Origin: Lama glama
Taxonomy: Eukaryota
Reading direction: 5' to 3'
Assembly: GCA_028534125.1 (NCBI GenBank)
Contig: CM052837.1
Location: 29,698,001 to 29,762,000, forward strand
Length of the DNA: 64,000 bases
The notes below the pieces were generated by a model. That model worked only from the letters and a program-made list of their open reading frames with translations. It did not search any database and was not told where the DNA came from. Shown here one piece after another: positions 26,860-40,337 of the stretch. The position numbers were made by a program, and so were the translations under genes. The first letter of the stretch is position 1. Each line of letters opens with the position of its first letter.

Positions 26860-26905
26860 AAGCAATTATATCCATGAAGTCAAAGCAATTATATCCATGA
26901 AGTCA
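26860..26905 (+). repeat. Perfect 23-bp tandem duplication (AAGCAATTATATCCATGAAGTCA x2)
   Basis: Read directly from the sequence. Confidence 0.95.
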
Positions 26906-27144
26906 TAGGTTTGCTGTACTGGTTTAATCTTTTCCCTAACATACATGAAAATAAATGCATCTCAGCCATTACAACAGTAGCGATCCTTTATCAGTCACTT
27001 CCTGTGCTTATAAACGTGGCTTCATTTAATTCACACAATCTACAAGGTAAGTCCCCTTAGTATCCCTGCTTTACAGATGAGGAAACTGAGCCAGAGGCTA
27101 CCTGACTTGCTCTGGGTCCCACTGTGACTTTCAGGTTTATACAA

Positions 27145-27406
27145 GGTAACTGGGGTAGTTAAACTCATAGGAACAGAAGGTTGAATGCTGGTTATCAGGG
27201 CTGGGGGTGGGCTGGGGCACAACTGGGGAGCTGTTCTTCACTGGGTACAGACTTTCAGTTTTGCAAGATGCAAAAGCTCTGAAGATCTGTTGCACAACAA
27301 TGTGAATATACTTAATGTGAATAAACTGTGCACATAAAAACAGCTCAGATGGTAAATTTTATGGTATGTGGCTTTTTAAAACCGCAATTACAATTTTTTT
27401 AAAAAA
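27145..27406 (+). mobile_element. LINE-1 (L1MA/L1MB-type) 3' end
   Basis: tttcagttttgcaagatg...gatctgttgcacaacaatgtgaatatacttaa...atggtaaattttatg. Confidence 0.75.
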
Positions 27407-29965
27407 GTGGACAGGATATAATTTTTTCTTATTCAAGGTCCAGCCACTTAGATATTTACTCCAACACAAAATAAATGTTCAAGGACAGTGGGAAGAAAGG
27501 TGTGTGTGGTGGACCCCCTCAGCACAGTGTCCCAGGGAAAGCACAGAGACTGAGGGCCTCTCTGTCGACCTTGCGACAGCTGTGGTCCCCTGGTGTCACT
27601 CCAAAGGCCCTTTACTGGAAGAGGATTCTGAGTAGGGCAGACCGTGAACTTCACCTAGTATGGCTTTTTTTTTTTTTTTGAAGTAAGGATATGGTCACGT
27701 TATCTTTATTGATTTATTTATCTTTTCCAAACAAATGTAATGAGACTCTACTAAATGTTGTGGCTTCAAGGATTAAGCCTCAGATTTATTTAAACTGTCC
27801 AAATGTGAACTTCTGAAAAAGAGATGTTTGCGATTTTTTTTTAATCCAAACAGTACAAAAAGATGAAGAGTAAAATATAAGTATCCTTCCTACCCCAACT
27901 CTCAGACCCCCAGTTCCCTTGCCTAGAGCATCCATGGTTATCAGCGTCCTGTCCAGCATCTTCTTCCGAGATGGTACGTGTGCGCACAGGCGGTGACAGA
28001 AAAACACCCTTCTCTTAAATACTCGTGTGACCATAATACACACCCTTTTCACACAGTGCTTTTTTTACTCAACAGTGTCCTTCTGAGAGTGTTCTAGATG
28101 GGTATGTGTAGATAGCCTAGTTCTTTTAAACAGCTCGATTACTGTTCTATGCTATGCATGTATCGCAATCGAATCAACCAGTCTCCTTGGATGAAGAGGC
28201 TCTTCATCTTTTTTTGTGCCATACTTCCCTTTGGTTTCCATTGATAAAGTCAATGGACATCTCAGAAAAAGTGTTTTTATGTGCATAAATTAAAATACAT
28301 AGAAACACAAGGGAAATGAATTATGTGGAAATATGTATCTATCCATGGACACTCAAGGAGTCTGTGGACCCTGGGATAAAGACCCCTAACTGGTTTCTAG
28401 TCTTTTTTTGTTTTGTTTTTTCTACTGCAAACTGCTTCAGTGAACATCTAGGTACATATACCTACTTATTTCTGTAAAAGAACTTTCTAGAAGTGGAATT
28501 GCTGGGGAAAAGGTCTCAGTCTTCCATGAAAAGTACTGTCTTTATATTAAAAAAGAGTATTTATAAGAGTAACACTAGTCCCAAAGGGTGGTAGTGAGGG
28601 TCAAATTGTTACTGAGTCCAAGCTCGTACTGCTCACCGCACGACAGGTCAGCAAATCGAGAGAGGAGTTGTTGGGGCAGGGAGTAGTGACTTTATTCCAA
28701 AAGCCTTCCTTATGATGTGACACGGAGGAACCAGGTGGGAAGGTGGGGGATGGCTTCTTTAAAAAGGGTGGCCAGGGCAAACCTACACAGGGGGTAGTGT
28801 TTGAGTTTAAGGACTGAAGAATGAGAAGTAGCCAGACATGTGAAGATCGGGGGAAAGACTGTACTTTTCTAATGATTACATTATCCAGGTTTTGTGGACT
28901 AACTTCTAATCTGGGGTTGAAACCATGAAACTATTGTGGAGAGAGCCCACCAAATGCCTACACGACTTGGAGCTCGTTAGAGACACCCTGAATGATTTCC
29001 TCCTGCCAGTATGGAAGGGCCTAGGAGAACATGGGAAAGAAAGGGGAGCCTTGGAGAGAACTCTTTCCAGATGCAGAGATATTTTAGGTATTTTAGATAT
29101 CTTACCTCCTTTATGGAACTTTACAGACCTGGGTATTCCAAGCTGGGTCAGTGTGAAGAGCCGTCTTGACTTCAGGTTGTAGTTCTTAGAAAGGCCAGCA
29201 GGTGGGGGTGAAGGACAAGGAACAGACAGCACTTTGCAGCATCCAGACCATTGAAACTCAGGTTGAGCCAATCACCCCGAGTCTAGCTCTGGAGTACAGA
29301 GTATAGGGATGCCAGCTTCGGATACATTAATATGTCTGAGTACATGGGAGCTCCAAAGGAGGGAAATACATTTATGTAGCACCTGTTATGGGCCAAGGAA
29401 ACTCAAAGTTCATTTGCAGGCAAACCCTTCCTCCCACCCTCCTTCCTACTGCTATGTGAATCAGGGGTCACGCAGGGAACAGTAATATGAGTGGAAAAGG
29501 TCTGGGGCGTGAGAAAGACATGCCCTTTCATAATGTTTTTCATCTCCCCACTTTGGGTAGGCATCATAAGCACAGAGAAACATTTTTCCATTATAAGAAA
29601 CATTACAGCCCCAAGGAACAGTGACAGACACTCTGGCTGGAGGTCAGGCTGTGACTGGTTTGCCTGCTGTTGGTGGGGACTCTGAGCCAAAGGACAGCAC
29701 ACCCCCATCTAAAGGGGATGGCTGTTACTCAGCTGCACCAGAGGTTCAAATCTTGGTGAGAAGCCAGAAATCTAGATTTTTAATGTAAAAGCTCCAGGTT
29801 TTAAAATGTTGACACATAATACAACAGGTGGTCTAAACAAAATGCTTCTATGGGCTAACTGCAGTCTCCAAGCTACCAGTTTTCCTCCTCTGGAAAAAGT
29901 TGCTCTGCCCTCTTCAGAAGTCAGTGACCAGGAAATTGGGAAATCACTCTCTCAAAACTGGTCTG

Positions 29966-30403
29966 TCATAGCAGCCCTGTTGACAATAGCCGAAGGGTGG
30001 AAACCACCCTAATGTCCATCAGCTGATAAAAGATAAATAATTGGGTCTCTCCACACAATGGAATATTACCCGGCCATGAAAGAACGGAGAACTGACACAG
30101 GCTACACCAGGAAGACATTATGTCACATGAAAGAAGCCAGACGCAAAAGATGAAATATTGCATGATTCCATTTATGTGGAACGTCCGGAGCTGGCAAACC
30201 CATGGAGCTAGAAAGCAGATTAGTGGTTGCCAGGGGCTGGGAGGAGGGGGAACGGGGAGTGACCGCTCAGTGAGTACGGGGTTTCTGTTTGGGGGGGTGA
30301 AAATGTTCCAGAACCAGATAGCGGTAACAATGGTTGCGCAACACTGTGAATGAACTAAATGTCACTAATGGTAAATCTTATGTATATTTTACCACAATAA
30401 AAA
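29966..30403 (+). mobile_element. LINE-1 (L1MB-type) 3' end
   Basis: catagcagcc...aatgtccatca...gaaagaagccagac...gattagtggttgccagggg...ttttaccacaataaaaa. Confidence 0.8.
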
Positions 30404-30559
30404 GAGAGAGAAGTCATTGAGGATGGGGGAATCTGTCTGTGGGCCTCCTCCCCTCTCTCCTCGCGTATTGAGATGGCCTCCGTTCCAGGCTCAGTTCTAC
30501 GTTCTCTCCAGGCATGAGCTTCTTGAAGCGCTGTTGCACAGCCATGAAGCGTAGATGAT

Positions 30560-30700
30560 GCGTCTCAAAGTTTACCGTGCACACCAATCACCCGGAGCTC
30601 TTATGAAAATGCAGCTTTTGATGCGGTTGGTCTGAGTAGGGCCTGAGAGTCTGTGTTTCTACAGGCTCCCAGGTGAGGCTGATGCTGTAGGTCCTTGGAA
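30560..30700 (+). mobile_element. MER5A-like DNA transposon (related copies near 33010-33127 and 62003-62168)
   Basis: aatcacccggag...aaaatgcag...gggcctgagagtctg...ctcccaggtga.gctgatgctg. Confidence 0.65.
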
Positions 30701-31060
30701 CTGAGGGTTCATTAAGAATGGGTAAGGTAGGCACAGAGAGCTTAAGGACCTTGGCTACGTCCTCCACCTCATAAGTGGCCAAGCTGACATTTTTTTTAAC
30801 TCACTCAGGTCAACTACACCTTATGAGAGGTGGGGAGGCCAGTAATGGATGCTGAGGGCTTAGCTAATTGTTGTCTTACTTTGTTTTGAGTCAAGTGTTT
30901 TTTCCTGAGGGTGCAGTTAGCATTCAGATAAGAAAAAAATAATCCGTCTTTATTGCACTAACCTCTAACTGAAGCTTAACATTTTCTCCCACCGTGAGTG
31001 TAGCAACAGACCTCCATAGTGTTAGCTCTGTCCGTGACCTAGGATGGAGTTCAGGACACA

Positions 31061-31532
31061 TGAAGGAATTCAAGACATGCCACCTCCAAATGTGCTGCTT
31101 TGTCATATTGGTTATTTTGAGCGTAAAAAACAGCAAGTGCAAAAAGGTCTCTCTGACCTTCACTTTTTGCCCTGAAAGCAGGAGATGGACTCCTGTGTGA
31201 AAGATGCCCTCTCCGTACCAGGAGGAAAGAAACAGTCTTATCACCAGAGTTGGGGAGCTAAGGTCGAGAAAAAATTTGTACAAACAGACCTTAATAAGAT
31301 AACTCACCTTCCTTCAATCTTCCCAGACTTTTAGTTACTTTTTCATGATTACTACTCTTCGTCCAACCTAGTATATAAGCACTCAGGCCTAGTCACTTCT
31401 TTGGGTCTCCATTTCCTTAGGAGGAAATGTCACAATAAACTTTATTAAATACATTTTTATGCTTTTCTCTTCTTGATCAGCTGAGATCCTAGAATGGTAG
31501 CAGGAAAAAGCTTTTTTTCCCCCCTTCCTACG
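31061..31532 (+). mobile_element. MER34-like ERV1 solo LTR
   Basis: tgaagga...atgccacctccaaat...ttattttgagc start, TATA-like gtatataagc, aataaa, ttttccccc...cctac end. Confidence 0.7.
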
Positions 31533-34500
31533 ACTACATCACTGATAAAATCCCAGATGTTTCCACATGACATTGCACTTTCTGCAGGGATCTTGAAATA
31601 CTGTTTATGCTTCTCAGTATCTCCAGATTGTGGCAATTGTTAGAACCACTGCTATATCTTATTAATTAATGGATTAATAAAGAAGCTTACTTATTACTGA
31701 ACCACCTATTTGTTTTAAAGAATATTTTGATAACTGTATGTCAGTCTGATAGGTTTCCGTTGCAATCCTGTACATTTTATTTTATGTGCTGAAAACCATT
31801 GTTCTGAGCAGGTACCCATGGCCCCTGTTTTACATGTTCTGTCTTATTTAACTTTCAAAACAGTTTTTTTGAGGTTGATGCTGTTATTAGCACCCCTTTA
31901 TTTGTAGAGGAGGATACTGAGTCTCAGATAGTATCAAGGTCAAGGTCACCCATCTAGAAAGTTAGAGCCTGGATTTGAACGAGGCCATGGAAGTGCTGGT
32001 GTTAATGGCTGAACCTGTTTAGAAGGATTCTCCTAAGGCAGCACCCAGGCACGGAGCAGGCACCTGGAGGAATTCTGAGCAGTCCCTGCCTCTTCCTGGC
32101 CTTCTCTGGGCAGCTGCATCTATTGGAGGATCGTTGTCACGTGCCTGTGCCCTGGCTGCAAGGGAGGCTGGGAAAGTGAGTCCAACAGTGGGAGGCTGGC
32201 TCTGTACCATAAAGTTGGGGATTCCTCAAAGCTGGAAGGAAGCTCAAAAGACAAAAACAAAACAAAATCTACTTCACTGCAAACCCTAGCTATAAATCTG
32301 GCAGCCCAGAGGCTGCAAACTTTTGGCAGCCCACAGGCTATGAGCTGTGGTTGGCAGATAATAGTAATTACAGCAATACTAATTGAATGTTTAACATGAG
32401 CAAAGCAAGATTCCAAACGCTTTACATGCAGTAACTTATTTTATCCTCACGACTATCCTGAGAGATAGGTATTATCATTAGCATACCCATTTTACAGAGG
32501 AGGAAACTGAGGCTCAGAAAGGGGGAAGCTGCTCCCTCTGAATCACCTGTAATGCCATCCACTGACTGTGCCTTCACTTTGAGTGGGTCATGTATTCTCC
32601 AAGCCCTGTCACCCTCTGTTATCTGATACTGTTCCTAGTTTCTACATGCAGGCTACAGGGCTGGTTTTACATTTCCGTTTTCCCAGCCCTGCCCTATTCT
32701 CTGACATTTTGGGGCTAGAGATGAGGGGAGAAGTGTCTTTCAGATTCAACTGAGTGGTTCTTGGCCAGACTCTGGTATTGGGCCCACGAAACTGTAATTT
32801 TTAAAAGCTCCCAGAAGATTCTAGGGTGAGCAGGGCTGAGAGCCTCTGGATAGCTTAAGAAAGAATCTTAGGGCAGCTGGGTGTGATGAGTCCTGGTTAT
32901 ACTCTGTCCATTCACTGGAGTGGCTGTGCCTCTTTGCAAATGTGTACTGAGTAGGGGTCAAGGTAGGCGCTGGGATGTAGCAGCGAAGGGGAGCAGCGGC
33001 AGCAGCTCACAGGGAAATGCAGACTCTGATTCCACAGGTCTGAGCGGGGCCTGAGAATCTGCATTTCTAACAGGCTTCCAGGGGACACGGGTGCCACTGG
33101 TCCACGGACCACCATTTGAGTAGCAAGTGTTGAGAACACGATCTGGCTCACTGTAAACCAGCTACTTTGGACCACAATTAGGAGAGAGGCTACAATCACC
33201 CAAAAAGCACGTCTGTATTTCCCGAGGCAAAGGCAATCCAGTCCCCTCTCTACTGGATTGTCCAGGCCCCAGGTTTGTAGCAAAAACTAGCTGCTGAGTA
33301 TTTTTGTTTGTTTCTTTAAAATCCAACCCACACCTCTCGCAGACAGCACCCATCACAGGCACTGTCTATTTGGTTGGCTTTCCAATTATTTGGTCCCTCC
33401 TGCTTGGGTGCAGTGGGGTCGCATTTTGCGTCATTCTTTCCCCACCTCCTCCTTTTTTCTCTCCTACTCTTCACTCCACAGCAGCCCGGGTCAATATGCA
33501 AATAAAAGCAGTCCCCTGGAAGACGAGAACTCTTGCTGGGCAGCCTGTTGGGAAGATTAAAATAAAGATTTTTTTCTCTCTTCGTTTCCTGAGCAAGTAA
33601 AGGCAAGTTTGTTGAAATTGCTGGCAGGGACAACGTTGACCTTTGAACTTCCAGGAATGCTTTTTTGAAGAGCAAGACTCTCTGGTACGGCACCCCCATT
33701 GCCTCTGCTCCCTCTTGCCGCTGCTCCGGTAGAATGGCTCTGGGGCTGGGCAGTTCAGCGTGGTGGGGCCTGGGTGCTGGTAACTCTGGCCAGTTTCTCA
33801 TCCTGGCTGCAGAACGGGGTTAGTGACTGTGCCTGCTGAGCTGCTGGCCCTGGGAGGCTGACTGTGAGGGGCAGCATCCTTTGGGCATCTTGTCTTCGGG
33901 CTTCAGGCTGGGTTTGCAGGGGGAGGTACCAGCAGAAGAGAGACGGTGAGGGATTTATGACCTGTTCCCTCCTCATCTGGGCAGCAGGTGTGCATTTCTC
34001 TCTGATCACAGCTCCTTCCAGGCAGATGCCTCTACAGCTCCAGGCCTGGGATGTTTGCCAATGACTAACTTATGGCTTCTTAGCTGCAAATTCACCCTTC
34101 AATACCTGCTCTGCCATGACGGAGAGTTCCTTTTAAGCACCTCTCCTTTGTGGTGAGTGCAATGTTCATCCTTCTCTGTAGAGGACAGTAGAGGGACGCT
34201 GCTGGCTCTGCTTCCGTTTCATCTCTCATTTGCTTTCAGCTCAGGAGATGGGGCACTACTCCAGGACCTGGCCAATCAAAGCAGGGCCTCCTCATGGCCT
34301 CGCTGATGGACTCGGGGATAGGCACGTGGCCTAGGCTACCAATCACAGTGAACCTCAGGACCGATGGCAGGAACTACTGCAATGATACCTTGCTCTTTCC
34401 TGTTGGGCTTGAACTTGAGAAGACGCAAGGTGCTGGGCTGCTGCAGCCATGTTGTCACCAGGAAGGGAGAGTCTTGAACTGCCAGGTAGAACAGCAGAGG

Positions 34501-37500
34501 GTTCACCACGAGGAACGTGAGAATGAAGATGGCAAGGAGGAGACTGTAAGGTGGGGGAGAAGCAGGCTCCTCATGACATTGAGCTGTGCTGTGACCTTGG
34601 GACTCTTCAGTAATGTAAGCCTATAAATGTCCTCTCTCCACATTCCTTCCTCCCCCTCCTTAAGCCAGTTTGAGTTGGATTTTCTGCTATTTAGAAACAT
34701 AGTAATTCTGTCTGATATAATATCCGTTTCAATGTTCACAAAATGGAAAGAAAAATTCCTAGATACCTGCTCTTTGCCAGGCACTTTACTGCATGATATT
34801 CAATCCTCCACCCCAGCCCCTCCCAGCCCTTGCTGTGAAGGAAGGAAGGTGTTATCATTATCCCCATTTTTCCAGATGATGAGAACAGTGCTCAGAGAAG
34901 GTAGGTAACTAGCTCAAGGCCACCCAGCCTGTCAGTGATGGAGGCAGGTGATGGACCCAGCACAGTGGAAGCCACTCGTCCACCTTCTCAAGTGGTCAGA
35001 GCCGTGCGTCGAAGCAGAGGGATACACACTGGCCGAGGAGGAGGACAGGGGCGAAATCCGGATCCCTGTGTAACTGTATGACAGTGCAGCTCCCCCACAT
35101 TCATTCCCTAACTGTTAATGAAGAGCTCTCCAAACTGCAGTTCTGCCAAGTCTGTTGGAACAGAGCAGGAACTTGCATTTGTCATTAGCAGCCGCCGCTG
35201 TGCAGGCAAACGAGAAATGTGTGAAAGTTCCTTGAAATGTTATAAAAAAAATCAGGCAAAAGCATACTTCCATTATCTTGTGTGTGGCATTAATTTATCA
35301 GACCGTTTTCATCGTTGCTGGTTGAGTTTTGGGGGAATCATTAACTATTTACTGAGCCCCGACTATGGACCAGATTCTGTTCTTGGTGTTTTGTATTATT
35401 ATTTCATTTAATCCTCATGTCATCCAGGTATGGTGGGTGTTGCTGCTCCTTTTTTTTTTTTTTCCACAGAGGATGAACTAGATGTCCAGAAACTTGCCCA
35501 GGAACACAGAGCAAGGCAGTGGCTTGTTAGGGAATCAAACTCAAATTCTCTAGCTCCAGTACCCAAATTCCTTCTGTTTGTCCTGGGACTTGCAACACTT
35601 CCTGCTACTTGAGGTTGTCCCACTTACGTAATCGTATGTGTCTATTTGGTGTGGTTCAGATTAAGAGACCTGTGGACTGATCCCTCTGAAGACTGGTGTG
35701 CCTGGCTGGCTAGTGTGCTGCATGCAACTTTAAGATGCTCTTATCATTAAAGGTGACTTGATAGATGCTAAACTTCACAGGACCCTTCCTGGGCTTCTAA
35801 TTCAAGTTCAGCTATGTATCAGTCACTTAAAATAACAGAAACACTGCTGGAGCACATGAACTGGAAGTCCAGGGGAAGGGTGAGTTCAGCAGCTTGACGA
35901 TTCTCTGTGCATCTTTCAGATCCACCCTCCTTGGAACACTGGGTTTCCTTCTTCCAACTTGCCGTTCCCTGGTTCCCGGGTCATGAGTCCCGCTGCCCGG
36001 CTTCAGCACCTGCTGTCTGGTGTTGGGCCCCCTAGAAGCAGGGGGTGGAGATGGGGGCTGAGGTGCATGTAATTTATTGAGCTGTGGTCTCAGGAAGAGG
36101 AAAGCCGAACTGGGTACAGGGTGGAGGAAAAGGTAAGCAAAGATGTGGTTTTGGCAGGAGTTTATTTCTGCCTGATCCCCCAGGGAGCTTTGAGGCATGA
36201 ATAGCATCACAGAACAAGTTCCACCTTGAGGCAAGGGGCTGAGGAAGACTTGACCCCTGTGTCAGCTCGACAGGGGCTGTGAGCTGGCTTGGTCGGGGAG
36301 GGGTGTAACTGCACGGGAATCTCCAGGTTCCCTGGAGAGGGGGCTGCTGCGAGTTACGACATCACAAGCAACTGGGGGCTGGGTGCACGGGGCAGGACAC
36401 CGACAGCGTCTTCTACCCAGGTCCTCACGCAACAGCATTCAGGGCAGAAAGGAGGAAAGGGGAGAAAAGGGCTTTCTTTTATCAGAAGGAAAATGTCCCC
36501 GGCAACCTCGGACAGACATCCTCTGGGGTCTCGCTGGTCAGCCCTGGGTCATGCACCCACCTCTGCTGACTCATCGGCAAAGGGTGATGGAAGTACCGTG
36601 GTTGGTGTAAACCCTGGGACTGGGCAAACTGCCGGTGGGGAGGATGGGGAATGGCTTTCACGTGGGCAACCAGCAGTGTCTGCGCCCCAGCTCCAGGGCC
36701 ACTGTGAAGTCCAAATGCAGATCACAACTTTGCAGCCACAAGTGGTTGTTACTCGTTTCCCTTCTGGATCTTTCCTCAGTCCCTGCAGGCAAGTACGTTA
36801 GGTCTCCTGAACGGAGATGAGGCCACCTTCCCAGGCCCTGTGCTGAAATTCTGGGCAAATGCGGGCTCTGCCCTTGGGGTGTGGAAGGGGCTGGAGGGCC
36901 CGCTCCAAGTCTTTGCTGGAGCCCGTAAATCCTTGTGTTTGGGATGTGCTTCCAGCGGGGCCTTCCACTTTATTCTCTCTGAAAGCAAAGCACAGCCCGG
37001 CAGCCCCGGGTAGGGTGAGACTGAGAGGCTGAAGGCTGCAGAATGAAGGGGTTGCTTGGCTCCTGCCAGGTCCTCTCCCTTCCCCCTCAGCTGTCCCCGG
37101 AAACCTTGGCTGACTCTCACTGCTGAGTAATTTTTATGCCTGTTTCAAAAGGCCCCTGAGATTCTAAAGTGAGGCATTTCCCATTTAATCATCTTTAGGG
37201 AGAAAGGCTTCTGTCTACTTAGCAACGATTTCGCTAAATGGGGTCAGGTACCCACCTCCGTCGGCTTTTTGTTATTAAATGGACTTGTCATTTACGGAAT
37301 GATTCTCAGGCCTTCTTTTCTGGGCCCTGTGTATATGTAATAATGAACGAGGTAGAACGCCAAGGGGTACCAAGTACCCCAGACCTGGAATGAGGTTCTT
37401 TTAGCTCCTCCTTTCCCCGACTATTTTTAAAGGCAAGGCCAGTTGGTGGCTTTACACTTACTACAACAAATTTATTTCTTTGGCCTTTTACAGGTCATTT

Positions 37501-37617
37501 GAGTAAGTGGCATGTTCTTTTCAGAAAATGAAGTGAAAGAAATATTTTGGGCTCTTTCACGTTTTCAAACAAAGTCCCACAGTACCTTTTCATACATTTA
37601 ATTAAGAAATACATATT

Positions 37618-37788
37618 AAACAATAAGGTCCTACTGTGTAGCACAGGGCACTATATTCTACATCTTATAATAGCCTTAATGAAAAAGAATACGAAAAGGA
37701 ATATACATATATATATAACTGATTCACTATGCTGTACACCAGAAATTAATACAACATTGTAAACTGACTATACTTCAATAAAAAAAAA
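37618..37788 (+). mobile_element. LINE-1 3' end fragment (same family as 13646-14031)
   Basis: aaggtcctactgtgtagcacaggg...ctgtacaccagaaa...acattgtaaactgactatacttcaat(A)n. Confidence 0.85.
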
Positions 37789-38304
37789 GATGTTAAAAAG
37801 TCAGTGCTCACTTTTTTGTATTTAAACATTAGAAATGATTACAGCCAAAATGAAAACCAAATACATGGTTGGAAGCCTGAACTCACATGGCAGAGGTGGT
37901 TTCTAAGCAGAAGTCATCAAGTGACCAGGGCGGGGGGAGGAGCGGGTTATTTACCTGCCATAATTGTGGTGTCAGTATATAGGAATGGATTTTAACGAGA
38001 GTCATGCCACTGCCTTACGAACAAACAGGGCTGGTGTGTGTATGTGTTTTGTAGGACTCTGTATAGAAGTAAGGGATTCACAGATCTGTTGATTTGGCAA
38101 ATATTAACTGAGCACCTCTATGTGCCAGGTGCTGTTGTAGCTGGAGACGCAGCTGTGCAGGTCCCTGCCCTCATGGAGCTGACCATCTAGCGGAGAGAGG
38201 AAGCCCATGAGCATTAAATACATAATGTGTCAGGTGATCATAAGGGTCTGAGAGAAGGATGAAGCAGGTTAAGGGGCTGGGGCTCCTAAAATACAGAATT
38301 TATT

Positions 38305-38815
38305 ATTATGCAGGTGTGGCGAGGCCAACAGATCGGGAGACAACTGCTCCTGGAAAGACAGTTTGTTATACTCATAGCTCCCATGAGGAGGGGGCACGTG
38401 GGGAAGAACCAGGGTGGGTCAGGGACAGGGGACTGTGAGCAAGAGCCTTTATTGTGGTTTTCGAGGGAGGAGTGGGTAAGGCAGGCTAAGCAGGCTTAGG
38501 ATTGGCTAGTTTGAAAAATTTCAGGGGGCTCTGGGGCACTGGGCTGTCCCTGGTTATCTGACATGCCCTGGGGTGATTAGGGCAGGTGGACAGTGGCCTG
38601 GTGTGTGAGAGTCTGAAGAAGGAGGTAGAAGATGGTGGGTGTGGAGGGTGTGGGGTCTGCATGGGTTGGCTTGTATTTGAAAAGCATGCTTGTGGGTGAG
38701 TTGTTTACCATCCCTAGGAACTGGCCCTCCCTGGGAGGGACAGTCCCTCCAAGGTCTGCAGGCCCCAGATATCAAAGCATCAGAACACAGAAAACAAAAG
38801 CCATGGTTAACATAC
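38305..38815. mobile_element. ERVL-type LTR (MER76-like)
   Basis: gcaagagcctttattgtggttt...aggcttaggattggctagtttgaa motifs; similar to 22950-23440. Confidence 0.55.
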
Positions 38816-40337
38816 TGGGGGCACGCTGGGAGTGTGGTCCGTACGCAGGCTGCGGGGAGTAGGGCAGATTCGGCCTCTCTGTTTACATGACATTTGGGTA
38901 AAGACCCTAATGAAGGGTCTTTACCTAATTAGCATAAAGACCCTAATGCTAATGAAGAGAGGGAGCAAGTGGATGTATCTTAGGGAAGAGTCTTCCGGGC
39001 AGAGGAAACATCAAGTGCAAAGGCCCTGTGGTGGGACTGTATTTGGTCTGTTCATTGAATACAGAGGTTGGTCTAGCTGAAAGGAGAGATGAAGAGGAGA
39101 CAAGGAGACCAGGTCAGGGAGACGGGGCCAGGAGAGACTCTGGCTTTGACCGAGGGGGATGGAACATCACCAGGTTGGGGGAGGGGCACTCTGAGCTGAG
39201 GATGAATGTGATCTGACTTGTGTTCCAAGATGGTCCCTCTGCTGCTGTGCCGAGGACAGATGGGAGAGGAGGCAGGAGAGCAGGGAAGCCAAGGAGGAGG
39301 CTCCAGCAACAGTCCACATTGGAGAGGATGAGGGCTGGACCACTGGAGGAGGTTAAGTGGTCAGAGCCTCGATATAAGCTAGCAGGACTGGGTGGAGAGC
39401 AGTTTGAGAAAGAGAGGGAGAGTTAGGCAAACTGGTGCTACGAGGAAGACTATTTATTTTTTCTGGAGGAACACATATATGAAGCCATTTTAGCAAACGC
39501 AGATCAGAGTGAACATTTTGTTTTCTTTTGCTGATGTCTTCCTCGATTCTCCGACGGCCCCCTGGGCCTGCACCCCCATCATCCCACGTGGGCAGAAATA
39601 TTTAGTCGCACGTCTATTTCTCCATTAAGTAATCAGTACCTCTGGGGCAGGGACTGAGTCCAGTTCTGTTGTTTCCTTTGTTTGTTGTGCCCCCAGCTGC
39701 TCTGAGAGGGCCTGGTTCAGAGCAAGGTCTCTGGAAATGTTTGCTCAAAGAGTGTCTACTTTGCAGACCTCAGTTTTCTCCCTGGGTGGAAGGATGCTCC
39801 TCAAGGGGACACGCTTCTGAGCCCACAGGCTCCCTCCACAGCTTGAGGAACATCTGGGTCTTCCCTGCTCTGGGCTTCGCACTGGCTGTCCCCTCTGCTT
39901 GGAGGGCCCCCTCCCCCTCCTCCAGGCCCCCATTTAAATGTCACCTCCTCAGAAAGCCCTTCCCTGACTCTCTTCAGTGCCTGCACTCCACTGCGCCCTC
40001 TGGACTTCCCAAACCCCCAGTGTAAGTCTTAGGGAAGCGCTGAGATCACCGGAGACGGGGGACGACCACGTGCCCTAAAAAATAAAACAAACTTGGGAAA
40101 CGTCTGCTTTGCTGTTTCCCCTAGAGCAATGCTTTTCACTCACCATCCCGGGCTATGAGGAGTCAGCTGCCTGTAGCAGGGTCAACGGGGAGGCCCCACG
40201 GGTGCAGGGGGAGGAATGGTGCCCTCACACTTCAATCAGAACGGCCTTGATGTGATCCGATGTATAGCTGGGCTTCTGCATCAGACTTCATATTGCTTAA
40301 AAAACAGTGGAAATGCCACAATGGTCAAGTTGAAGAC

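Noticed and set aside
36002-36022. Possible REST/NRSE site (TTCAGCACC)
   Set aside because: Only the left half-site is present; the GGACAG half is missing at the canonical spacing.
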